Assembly: GCF_902713615.1 (NCBI RefSeq)
Contig: NW_024056010.1
Location: 186,001 to 250,000, forward strand
Direction of reading: 5' to 3'
Length of the DNA: 64,000 nt
DNA from: Scyliorhinus canicula
Taxonomy: Eukaryota
The position numbers were made by a program, and so were the translations under genes. The notes below the pieces were generated by a model. It was not told where the DNA came from. It saw nothing but the letters and a program-made list of their open reading frames with translations, and did no database searches. Each line of letters opens with the position of its first letter. Within the stretch, counting starts at the first letter, position 1. Below, piece after piece: positions 47,476-59,370 of this stretch.

Positions 47476-50400
47476 GCATCTTTTATGTGGGGGCAGAAAG
47501 CTGCCAGTATTCGTCGGTGCGGATTGATTTAATGTTTTTAGAAGGGTTAGCAATCAAGCGGACTGCTCTCTCCTGGATGGAGAGCTTCTCGAGTGTTGCT
47601 GGAGCTGCACTAACCCAGACAAGTGGAGGGTATTCCATTACACTCCTGACTTGTGCCCTGTAGATGGTGGACAGGTTTTGGGGAGTAAGGAAGTGAGTTA
47701 CGTGCAGAAGGATTCCTCGCTTTTCACCTATTCAGGTCGCAACAGTATTTATATGGCTAGTTCAGCGAGTTCACCAGTTCAGTTTCCGGTCAACGGATGT
47801 TAATACTGGGATTCCGTTGTAATGCCATTGAATGTCAAGGGGAGATGGCTCGATCTTCCCTTGTGAGATCGGGCCACTGCCTGCACGCCACTTGTTAGCC
47901 CAAGCCTGAATATAGTACAGATCTTGCTGCATTCTGACATGGATTGCATCTAATGAGTCACAAACGGTGTTGAACATTGTGCAGTCACCAGCGAACATCC
48001 TCACTTTTCTCCTTGTGATGGACAATAGGCCATTCATGAAGCAGCTGGAGATGGTTGGGCCCAGACCACTACCCTGAGGAACGTGGCAGCTTCAGGTAAA
48101 GCAATAATTGAACCAATGCCTCAGGCAATAAAAACAGGAGCTAGTTCTGGTTAGTATCAGTTGAGTCTACTGAAGTAACAATTCAGACATGGACATTATA
48201 AAAACCGATTGCATGCTATCGTAACCTCCTCAATACAGTGTAATATAAAATGGGCCTTAGTTTATCATGTTAACAGCTGAGATTGACCCCAGTAACAACT
48301 GAGAACTGCTGTCATAAAATCAGGAACCTGACCTAACCTAATATAAGAGACAGTATCCAGGGTCCTTGGCAGTCACAATTGAGAAATTCTCTGCTTCATG
48401 TAATGTCAGCAATCACGGTGTCACTGCCACCAACTGGCGAAACCTTGCTATTGCAGTTATTGATTTTTAAAATATATTTCATTAGATGTGGCCCTCACAG
48501 GCAAGGCTAGCGTTTGTTCGCCATGTTACCTGGTAAGTTACAGGGCATTTTTCAAGCACACTGTCAGCTGGAGCAGGATTTGAACACGGCCTCAGTGACT
48601 GAGGCTGGACATCTCAATTACTGGCCCAGTGACATGCTAGCTAACCCACTGCCGTTCCCATTAAACATAGTCAGAGGGTGTTTTAAGTAGAGAAGAAGGC
48701 CGTTTGGACCGTCATATATGAGTCGGCCCTCTAATGATGCAATTTGCGGAATGCCATTATTTTCCCCGTACTCTAGAATTGTTTTTCTATTTGAGATTAT
48801 AATCTAATTCTGTTTTGAAAGCATCAATAAACCCTACCACCACCACACAAACGGACAGTCCGGTCCACATCCTAACCACTCACTGGTTGAAACTGTTTGT
48901 CCTCATGTCTCCAAGCTTATTTCCCCAATTCCTTCAATCTGTGACCTCAGGTACTCGGCCCTCTCACCAGTGGGATAGGTTCCTCCATATCTACTCTGTC
49001 TAGAGCCCTCATGATTTTGAATATCTCCGTCAGATCACTTCGTAACGTAATGGTCAAGGGAAATAGTCGCAATTTGTCCAATCTATCTTCGGAGATTAAG
49101 TTGCTAATCTCTGGAGCCATTCCCGTGGGCATTTTCTGCAACCACCCTAATGACGCACATTCTCCCCGAAGTGTGATAGCCATACTGCTTCAGTTCAGTA
49201 GGTTCAGGATTTAATACAAGTTTAACGTAATGTCCTTTCCTCTGTATTTTATATACCCATTGATAATTCCCATTAATTGTTTTAATGACCGGTCTCACAA
49301 TTGTCCTACCCTCATCAGTAATTTATCAACACATACATACTGGTCTCTCTGATAAAAGCAAATTATTGTGGATGCTGGAATCAAAAACCAAAAGAGAAAA
49401 TGCTGGAAAATTTCAGCAGGTCTGGCAATTCTCACAGTAACTTCATTGAAAAGTAAGCCTACTTGTGACATTGAATATTATTATTATATAATCTGTAAGG
49501 AGAGAAAAGAGCTAACGTTTCGAGTCCAGATGACCCTTTGTCAAAGCTCCCTCCGATCCTGAATTATTCGTTTTGTTTTATTTTGCCTTTCTGCATTCTG
49601 CAGGACATTTGAATTATTTCACACTTTTCTGCACTAAATTTAATCTGCCAATTTCCCGCCCATTTCACAAACCTGTCCTTGTTGTTTTGAAGTTGTACAT
49701 TATCCGACCGATGGTTCGCAATGTTGTCACATTTCATATCATCCATAGATATTGAAAATCGCCCCTCTCAGCCAAGGTCCAGGTCATTAATATGTCATAT
49801 AAAATGCAGCAATGCTGATCCCTGGAACATTCACTACAAATCTCCCTTCACTCCGAAAAACAGCTGGTCTACACTGTTAAATGTTTCCTGGAAATGTCCT
49901 TTCGATCTTGCTGCTGCCCATTTTATCCCAGGAGCTCCATTGTTGCTCACAAGGTGGCGCTGCAGCACATTATCAAATGTTATTTGGAAGTTCATCAACA
50001 GCAATACTCAGGTCAACCATCTCTGCTTCTCATCAGAACACTTAAACAACTTAATTAATCACGATTTGCCCTTAATAAATCCTCGCACGGCTTAATTTAT
50101 CAACAAAGCATTTCCACTGATGTACCAGTTCATCACCTTCACTGGTGGTCCCAGAATTCAAGTTGCAGCTAATTGCAGATTAGTGTAGGTTAAAGTCAGC
50201 TAAATGGCAAAGTGCCTCAAGTGCTGTTAATTTATTTTTCTGATTACCTTAGTTGAACGGGGGAATGTGCAGCTATGGGAACCACACGTTGAAATGTGAT
50301 GATCTGAGCAATTGAATGGACCTAATAACCTAAACCTGAAGTGAAATTAATCAAACTTAAAATCCTGATTAATTATTTCCATTGCTTGAAAAGGAAATGA

Positions 50401-51625
50401 ACATTTACTGCTCTGTATTCATTTCGACTCCACATCATCCCTTCTTAACGCTTTAGCCTCATTTCATAACAATATTCATTATTAGTGTCACAAGTCGGCT
50501 TACATTAACACTGCAATGAAGTTACTGTGAAACGCCCCTAGTCATCACACTCCGGCGCCTGTTCGGGTACACGGAGGGAGAATTCAGAATGTCCAATTTA
50601 CAGACAAAATGAGAAGAATTTGACAGGTTTCCTTTAACACATAGAATCCCTGAGACATTCGGCATCAAAACAACAATGGGATTTCAATGAGTTGCCTGTA
50701 AACATTGGCGCTGTCCGCGTGAACCCCACTTACCGGCCGCCCACGGAATCAGTCTTCTTGTGCTGTCAACATCTTTGCCTAAAATCCGATCCAAGACCTC
50801 GGGAATGGGTGCAGCTTGTATCCTTTCCTCACCGGCCTCATTCACATCACAGATACATCCAGAATGCACCTGTCTGCAAAATATAAACCCATCCATTCAA
50901 GCCTTTTCTCCAAAAGAGCCCACAGTGTAGTCGTTTTTATAAATTGATCCTCATGGTTAATGAGAAATACATCCCAGGATTACTATCTAGCACTATAGTA
51001 CCATACTGACAACCTCAGGAAATTCCATTTTAGAAAGCTCACTCTGAAACGTCCAAGGATTTTGATAGTGTCTCTGACGGTATTTCTCTTTTGTGTTTCT
51101 ATGGCTAGGTTAATCTAGTTGCTTATATACTTTAATGGTTGGCTGTGTGTCTGTTTGAGAGATTAGTTTGGGTATCTATCACTGTGTTTACGTGTCTCTG
51201 TGTCTATGTTTGTGTTGATTTTGTGCTGTAAACGAGGCTCTTGCTGAACACGGGAGGTGGACCTATTCACTTACTTACATCGTTGACAATTGAGACTAAT
51301 ATGTAATCGAAAATCATGTCAACACATGTTGGAATTTATTCCAGTGTCTGCATGTCTGTGTAGATGTTTTACGTACATGTCGTTGCACGTGTGCGTGTGT
51401 GTTTCCAATAGACGATTTTTCTGTCCATTGGAGGGCGCTCTCTGATCATTTATCAAACATCACCGAACAGTTCCAGAGGAAGCGACTGCTTTAAGACGTG
51501 AAAGTGGGCGGAGCGAAGAAATCGGATTCGAACTCATAACATCTCCAGAACTGTTTCATCTTCTCCAATTGCAGGTCTGATACAGTCAGTGAAAACTGTC
51601 TGTTTCTGGAGTTCAGACACGAACC

Positions 51626-52108
51626 ATGGGGCTGATACTCTGCCTGTCTCTGGTTGTTGTCCTGATCACAGGTTGGTTATATTGAACCTCTGTACTAAAT
51701 CCTCCAATTGCCAAATGTGTTCTTATTTCTATCTCCTGGTACTCACCCTCCTCACCTTACTCCTTCTAACCCGCTTTGTGCCGTTTCTATATTTTCAGGG
51801 ATGGGTAAGGGAGACTCAGTTTACCAGTCAGAAGAAAGAGTCGATGCAGAAGAGAGTGAAGATTCAGTAATACTCTGCAGTTACTCGGTATCGAATTCAG
51901 CAACAGACTATAGCTTGTTCTGGTATCGCCAGTATCCAGACCAAGCTCCGCAGTATCAGCTCAGAGCCGATAGTTCTGGGTATAACGAGACGGCTCCAGG
52001 CTTTGAACACTTCAGCGGGAAACGCAACCCGACACAAAGTACTTTTCACTTGTCTGTGACAGATTTGAAGATGACAGACAGCGCCGTGTATTACTGCGCG
52101 CTGAGACC
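51626..52108 (+). CDS. TRAV/TRDV: TCR alpha/delta-type V segment V1' (leader 51626-51671, V exon 51799-52108), open frame
   Basis: GMGKGDSVYQSEER...VILCSYSVSNSATDYSLFWYRQYPDQAPQYQLRADSSG...DSAVYYCALRP; RSS cacagtg (52109-52115), 23 bp, acaaaaact (52139-52147). Confidence 0.93.
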
Positions 52109-53007
52109 CACAGTGGATGAGGGGCCGGCGGGGCTCATACAAAAACTGGAGCAGGTCGACAATCAAGGGCTCGGTATCAGGAATTCCCATAGACAATGTT
52201 CAGATAATGAACGGGACAATGCAGCTCCATCTGAATGGGTTCCCTCCATGAGGTCAATGATTGTCACTATTGGGAAGTGTGTCATGTTATATAACTCTAG
52301 GATCAAATTCCATAATTTCACGACCCCATTCGCACAAACCTGCAGATCTCCTGGGTGAATAACTGAATCTATCTGTAACTTTAAACGTTCTAGATCAGGT
52401 GACAATTTCTCAGGCCGCGCCTTTTAAAAGTGATCTAATTTCAGAGATGTGACATTCTAAATTCCCTAGGGCAGAAATAAATACTGACTGAAATCAGTAC
52501 TTTACCGGTACAAGAGACCCCAGTGGAAATGCATCTTGGTGTGGAATTGGGTGACTATGTATCCCGGGAACCTTTAAATCAATAATTATTCATTATATTT
52601 CATGCAGTGGATGTCACTTGACTGATTATAAGATATTTATTTAACTTTTCACCATAAATAGAGAAAAATATCTATCTCAGGACGGATGTAAATACTGAGA
52701 TCGAAGCAAAACGATTTAAACGGAGAAAGAAGCAGAATGACTGATAATGTGACGCAGAGAAAGTGAGTGAGAAAGGCCAAAACGCACAGTCAGGGATGGA
52801 ATGTGATTGGAGAGAACCAGCCGCAATCACTCCCCAGCTGACAGTGATTGGTCCACAGCTGACATCAGAGCTGAGAGACCGGCCAATCGCAGCACTGAGA
52901 GACGCCTCTCAGTTTCCAAGAATTGATCAGAGTTTACTCTTTGATATTAGACTCGACGCAGCAACATATTTGAAACAGTGCCGCTGTATACTGTCCCGTC
53001 AAGAACC

Positions 53008-53444
53008 ATGTGCTCCCTGTGTGCTTTTCTGACAATAATGGTCTTGCTGTCCGGTGAGTCTGAGCTCAATTACTCAATGTTGTTTCATGGTTTATATTTA
53101 CTCCCAGATTTATGACACATTCTATATCTTGTTACAGGAGCCCGTGGCCAAGATTCAGTTTCCCAGGAGCCGCCTGAATTACCGGTTCAGGAAGGACAGA
53201 CGGCAATATTGGACTGCAGTTACAATACAGATGTCACTGTCTTGACTCTCTTCTGGTACATCCAGTATTCCGGCGAAGCTCCGAGATATCTACTGAAGAA
53301 ATATAGCACGGGGACTGGAGAAAGGTCTTCCGATTTCCCAGACCGGTTTTCTGCTCATTTGGACAAGGAAAGGAAAACAGTTCCTTTAAATATCACCGAG
53401 GTCCGTGTCTCTGACTCTGCCGTGTACCTCTGTGCTCTGAGACC
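53008..53444 (+). CDS. TRAV/TRDV: TCR alpha/delta-type V segment V2' (leader 53008-53053, V exon 53138-53444), open frame
   Basis: MCSLCAFLTIMVLLS-GARGQDSVSQEPPELPVQEGQTAILDCSYNTDVTVLTLFWYIQYSGEAPRYLL...DSAVYLCALRP; RSS cacactg (53445-53451), 23 bp, acaaaaacc (53475-53483). Confidence 0.94.
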
Positions 53445-54187
53445 CACACTGTTACACAGACACAGTCACTTCGTACAAAAACCGGCAAGGCACTCTCACC
53501 TCCTCTCACTGAATCCGTTTGTACTATTAGTACAAACAAAACTATATTAGAAATAACAACTTGCCCAGATGATCTCTTTCTATGGTGCTGAATGTTTTTC
53601 ATTCTGTGTAAAATCCCGATTTACGGTAGTTTTCCTGGTCTCCGAGCTGAGCTCTAAATCGGGAACTCTGGTTCTGTTAGCGGAAAAACATGAACTGTTA
53701 CCAATCCGTGCTCCACCTTAAATATTAACCCAGACAAAGAACCAGCATTTGATTTAATGCCCGTTAGGAACTTAGTTGTTCAGTCGCTCAGTTTCTTCAA
53801 GGAGGGTTCCAAATGATCTGCGATATTAAGGCAAATACGACATTTTTGCGATAGTGCAGGAAGGTGGATGTGAGTTAGATCAGCCATGATCTTATTGAAT
53901 GGCTAAGCAGGCCCAAGTGAAGGAGCAAATGGTCCACTGCAGCTCCTGTTTCTGATTCTCTGATGTTATTCTGTTCGGTTCATTGTTCTGAGAACAGTTT
54001 CATGTGGTTCCAGGTTCCTTGTTCTGACGTCATGGAGGAACAAAGTAACTCTGAGCTGATTGGCTGAAAGGTAGGACATAAGAGCTGAGGGATGATTGGG
54101 TGTCACCTACACATTCTGTTAGGAATGAACGAATCAGTAGAGAGGTGGGATATGACTCAACAGCTTATCAAGTCTTATCTGAAACAA

Positions 54188-55039
54188 CGATGTGGAGATG
54201 CCGGTGTTGGACTGGGATGAGCACAGTAAGAAATCTGACAACTCCAGGTGAAAGTCCAACAGGTTTGTTTCAAACACTAGCTTTCGGAGCATTGCACCTT
54301 CCTCAGGTGAATGAGAGGTATGTTCCTCAAACATAAAATATATCGACAAATTCAAAGATGCCAGACAATGCTTAGAATGCGAGCATTTGCAGGTAATTAA
54401 GTTTTTACAGATCCAGAGGGAGGGGTAGCCCCAGGTTAAAGAGGTGTGAATTGTCTCAAGCCAGGACAGTTGGTGGGATTTCGCAAGCCCAGGCCAGATG
54501 GTGGGGGATGAATGTAATGTGACATGCATCCCATGCCCCGGTTGAGACCACACTCATGTGTGCGGAACTTGGCTATCAGTTTCGGCTCAGCGATTCTGCG
54601 TTATCGTGTGTCCTGATGGCCGCCTTGGAGTACGCTTACCCAGAGATCAGAGGCTGATTGCCCTTGACTGCTGAAGTGTTCCCTGACTGGAAGGCAACAT
54701 TCCTGCCTGGTGATTGTCGCACGATGCCCGTTCATTCATTGTCACAGCGTCTGCATGTCCTGCCAATGTACCACGCTTCGGGACATCCTGAAGGCTGTGA
54801 AGAAGATATTGTAGTTTCTCCGCTCCGGGAAAGTACTGGACGACGAAGTGTACTCTGTCGGTTGTGTCCTGTGTTTGCCTTCTGAGGAGGTCGGTGCGGT
54901 TTTTTGCTGTTGCTTTGCTGTTGGAACCGTCGATCGATGAGTCGAGCGCCATATCCCGTTCGTACGAGGGCATCTTTCAGCATCTGTATATGTCTGTTGC
55001 ACTCCTCCTCGTCTGAGCAGATCCTGTGTGTACGGAGGG
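54188..55039 (-). mobile_element. Penelope-like retroelement fragment (RT C-terminus plus GIY-YIG remnant), internally deleted
   Basis: Peptides LKDALVRTGYGARLIDRRF, ATAKNRTDLLRRQTQDTTDRVHFVVQYFPGAEKL and CPEAWYIG; 12-bp TSD tatctgaaacaa (54176-54187, 55040-55051); empty site at ~43817. Confidence 0.88.
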
Positions 55040-55098
55040 TATCTGAAACAATTCAGCTTTAACTCACTCTGTTTAAATCCACCACCAGCTCAGTGAAC

Positions 55099-55772
55099 AT
55101 GTTGGCTGTTATCTTTTAAACATTCCTCGCAGCTGCAGCTCTCTTAATAGGGGCTGGGCTAAATCGCTGGCTTACCAAGCAGGCTAGCAGCACGGTTCAA
55201 TTCTCGTACCAGCCTCCCCGGATAGGCGCCGGAATGTGGCGACTAGGGACTTTTCACATAAACTTAATTGAAGCCTACTCGTGACAATAAGTGATTTTCA
55301 TTTCATTTTCATTTTCAACTGGTAAGTTCCCAACTTTTCTCGTGATACCGATACGGAAATTATCCTTTTAAACGTGCATCGCCTACTTTTGCAATGTATT
55401 CCGTTAACTTGATAACATCGTGATAATTAAAAAAAATAAAGTTCTCTATTTGTAAATTTCTGCAGGTGTTCGAAGTGCTGACTCGGTCTCACAGGAGCCG
55501 TTTACAACAACAAAGTGTGATGGAGACTCGCTGACCATCAATTGCAGCTATTCGACCACAGCTACTTCATATTCATTACAGCTGTACCGGCAGGACGTGG
55601 GTAAAGTCCCCAATTTTTTGACCTACATCCATAGCTACGGAGTTGTTTCCAGGGCAGTGGGTGTGGGGACTCGATTTTCAGCATCTCTGGATACTTCGAA
55701 AAGTGAGGGGAATTTCACCATCCGGGAGCTGCGGCTGTTTGACAGCGCGGTGTATTACTGCGGACTGAGAGA
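55099..55772 (+). pseudogene. TRAV/TRDV: V3' pseudogene (V exon 55466-55772 still open)
   Basis: Leader codon 7 is TAA (TAC in the paralog); SINE inside the leader exon; heptamer aacagcg (55773-55779) has lost the essential CAC; Penelope insertion ~50 bp upstream of the ATG. Confidence 0.92.
55148..55316 (+). mobile_element. Short SINE inserted in the V3' leader exon
   Basis: 10906-family sequence with a (ttttca)n tail, between ...ctcttaa and aactg|gtaag. Confidence 0.88.
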
Positions 55773-56958
55773 AACAGCGACAGCAACCAGGGGAAGACTC
55801 GTACAAAAACACTGCCACAGTGTGACAAAGAGAATAGCGGGGGAAAGCTAGACTTTATGAACTTATCAGCAGGTATTTCTGATTGAACTAAAGCCAAATT
55901 ATGCACAAGCCGAGAGCAGCAGATGCCGCGCTAGGGATGGTTTATTCTGCTTATTTTACATCCAAAATATTACAGTATTTATTTCGGTTTCCAGCTTGAA
56001 GATATTGTGACAAAAATGCTGATTTGGCATTGACATTGTGAACCAGTCTTTCACACACCAGGTAAATGCAGCAGCGGGTATGTAACACTGAGGGGTGCTC
56101 AGGTCAAATGTACAAAGAATGTATTTGTGCAGAACGCCGTACCCGATATGTTCAGATTTCCCAAAGCGCTTCTGGTGCTGATGGAAAACTCTGTGATGTT
56201 CATTTCTATTCGGTTGTGATAGTCAGATGGTTTTGTTACCATGAGTCCGGGTGTCTAGAACACCAAGTCTGTCCTAATGGATAATTTACTGTTGAATCAT
56301 TGTTCATCAGCTCCTAATCATGTTCGGAATATAACCTCTGCACTTTTTCTATATTAAGAAGTGGTTGTTTGGTAGCACAGACCCGTGCATTGCTGAAATT
56401 AATTGTCGAAGTGTTTCGTATTGTGCTCATCAGAACAATGGTAAGAACAGCAATGTCAGGGGAAACAACAATGCATTCAGCAATATTAAGGATTCTTAGA
56501 TTTAATACGTGTCAGTGACATTAACATCGAGAGATGTTCAATCGGGTCATTATAATTATTAAGCTTTTCTCACCCAATGGCCATTGGTTTGCACTGTGGA
56601 CTGGTATTTCAAACCAGAAATGACTTGTCGCTCAGAGATTTCCTGAACAGCGGTCAGGGATATAGATAGTTCCCGGCCACCTGCACAGTTTACTTTCTCA
56701 GTGGTTGTGGCCAGTTCTCCGATATCCTCGTATCAACATCAACTAATTCCGCTCTCAGTAAATGCAATAATCGGACTGATTCTGTCTTCGATGTGAACGA
56801 TTTGATATGGAGCACAATGCTCGGGGTCTGTGCTCACAGGAAACCATTCACGCTTCAGTCTGAGCCGCTGTTATAAACAGCTCTCAACAGACAGCAACTG
56901 TGACCCAGAAACCTGCGGTAATTTTTGTACGAGGCTTGCCCTCGTTCCCATCACTGTG

Positions 56959-57978
56959 AGACTGTGCACAGTAATAGACCGCGGTGTCAGATAGCAGCAG
57001 CCCCGAGATCGTCAATCGGTACAACTTCTCTGACTGCTGGATTGCATGAGAAAACCGGCCCTGTGCGAAATCCGCCTTCAATTCAAAACGGCCGTCCGTG
57101 AGCCTCCGGACCGCAAACTCGGGCAGTCTGTCTGGGTACTGACGGTACCAGAATAAATAATAAGCATCGTCGGTATAGGTGCAGGTTAGAGTGACACCTT
57201 CTCCCTCTGTCTGTGTGAGTGAGGATTCCCGCTGAATTACAGAATCTCCATCGCTCAGACCTGCAACATACGGTTATAGAAAGCGGAAATCATTGATTTA
57301 AAATTCAACTGAACTGAACTGAGGGTGAAAATTCCGATGGTGTAACATAAAAATTGATATAATTTAGAGCACGAGAAAGCTCATTCGGCCCAATTGCTTC
57401 ATGTCAGTCTTTACAATCCCCAGGAGAATCCTCCATCTCTCCTCCTCTCCTTGTATCAACAAATCCTACCGTCCCTTTCTCCCTCAACTGTTTATCTAGT
57501 TTCTCTTGAAATGCCCCATTACTCTGCTCTTCAGCTCTTCCTTGTGTTTGTTTTAGCCACGTTCTACCGACTCTCTTTCTAAAGTGGTTTCTCCTGATTT
57601 CCCAGTTAGAGAATTTGGTGGCGCTTCGATTTCTGGCACCGAGATTTGGAACATGTGGAATTATCATTGTAAAGACATCAAGCTTGACTGTACTTCTCGT
57701 CAGTACAGAAAAGAACCAGAACATTTACATTGGTTTCTGATAGCTAGCATCCGCCAATTCCGGTACCGTCACTCTAAATCACGTATGCTTTGTGTTTTGC
57801 CAACATAAACTCCCGTGAGGAAGAGACTGGGGCACAGACTAGTCTGCTCTCAGGGAGGTCCGATACTTGACTAACACGGTGTACTGCTTTTCAAATATAT
57901 TGCTCGAGAAATTAAATTTTTAAAAGTCTTACCAACAATGAATATCACCCAGATCACAGCGAGAACGGGGATCCGCAT
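56959..57978 (-). CDS. TRAV/TRDV: TCR alpha/delta-type V segment V4', inverted (leader 57933-57978, V exon 56959-57260), open frame
   Basis: MRIPVLAVIWVIFIV-GLSDGDSVIQRESSLTQTEGEGVTLTCTYTDDAYYLFWYRQYPDRLPEFAVRRLTDGRFELKADFAQGRFSHAIQQSEKLYRLTISGLLLSDTAVYYCAQS; RSS cacagtg (56958-56952), 23 bp, acaaaaatt (56928-56920). Confidence 0.93.
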
Positions 57979-58673
57979 TGCTGCTGGTCCTGGATTCTCA
58001 GAAACCTGCAGAATACTCAACAAGATAAAGCTGAGGGCATTGGCTGGGGCTGCTCTGACGTTACAACCTACGGAATGAATGATCGGAAGAGCTGGGTTAG
58101 CTGGCTCTGATTGGTCTGATGTCACCTATTTAACCACACGTGTTTGTTACAAGGCACTGAGGCAGTTGCCCTGCATTCTACTGATAAGAGCCAGACGAGA
58201 AACACAGACTGCTTGACCCTTAATTGGATGTGGGGGCATTTTTGCCTTCGGTTCACCTGAAAGAAACAGCCTTGAAGAAAGGAAATACAAGTGCTGAATG
58301 TAGGTGAAGGTGTTCCGAGCATTTAAATCACTAAAAAAGACTTAATTTGAGGCGGGGATGAAAGGAAATGTGTTCTCAGATTTCTTTTTGTATTCGTGCG
58401 GTATCAAACAGCGGAAAAAAAACACAATGACAATCAACAGGAGAAATTTTCAATTTAACAAATGTTAAAATGTCAGTTTGTCAAATAGATCTTAAATGAT
58501 TCCACTCAATTGCTCATTATTGGGTGAATCAAATCTGACATCTAACATCTCTGTTCAGAGCTGCTGGGATCTGTCTTGTGGCTACATTCTCCAGTCCCTC
58601 CGCTCATTGCTAGCATCAGCGATATATTCCTCTACAGTCCGCTATTCCGTCCACTCTGTCAGACTGCGGCAGT

Positions 58674-58770
58674 GATTTTTGTACGAGGCTCCCTCTGGTT
58701 GCTGACACTGTGTCTCTCAGCTCGCAGTAATACACCGCGCTGTCAGACAGCTGCAGCTCCAGGATGGTGA
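58674..58770 (-). pseudogene. 3' fragment of a V3-family segment with an intact 23-RSS
   Basis: Minus: TILELQLSDSAVYYCELRD, then cacagtg (58712-58706), 23 bp, acaaaaatc (58682-58674); everything 5' of strand E is missing. Confidence 0.9.
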
Positions 58771-59370
58771 TTTATCTTGTTGGAATCCAGGACCAGCAGC
58801 AATGCAGATCCCGGCAGGAATACATTTGGAAAGCAGGACCCGTGTTAAACAAGCATCAGACCAGCCTTAGAGCACACATGCGTCTTTGTCCTGGTCTCCT
58901 CCTTACAGGGGTTTATGTTCACAAAACACAATGCAAACCGGAATTCGAAGATCAGATCTAGGAAAAAGGAATGTAAATGTTGTAGTTCTTGTCTGTACTC
59001 ACGGAAAGTCAACCTTGATGCCTTTACAATGATGACCCCGGCTTGGGTCACTGTCTGTTTGGAGTCTGCACGTCCTCCCCGTGTCTGCGTTATTCCTCCG
59101 GGTACTCCGGTTTCCTCCCACAGTCCAAAGATGTGCAGGTAAGGTGGATTGGCCATGCTAAATTGCCCTTAGTGTCCAAACAAGTAAGGCGGGATTATTG
59201 GGTTACAGGGATAGGGTGGAGGCAGGGGCTTAGGTAGGGTGCTCTTTCCAAGGGCCGGTGCAGACACGATGGGCCGAGTGGCTTTCTTCTGCACTGCAAA
59301 TTCTAAGATTTTATGTGATGGACGTATGGAGAGGATAATTCCACTTGTCGAATGTTCCAAATCTCCGTGC
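58771..59370 (+). pseudogene. V4-family 5'UTR/leader/intron relic, no V exon found
   Basis: tttatcttgttg...gaatccaggaccagcagcaATGcagatccc matches the V4/V4' 5'UTR and leader start; leader end and donor deleted; intron homology continues on both sides of a SINE (59037-59310). Confidence 0.8.
59037..59310 (+). mobile_element. HE1-like SINE (5'-truncated)
   Basis: Body and tail match 16808-17153 (reverse). Confidence 0.82.

Larger units (their letters stand above)
47476..58305. repeat. Copy 2 of the four-V cassette
   Basis: See copy 1. Confidence 0.95.
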
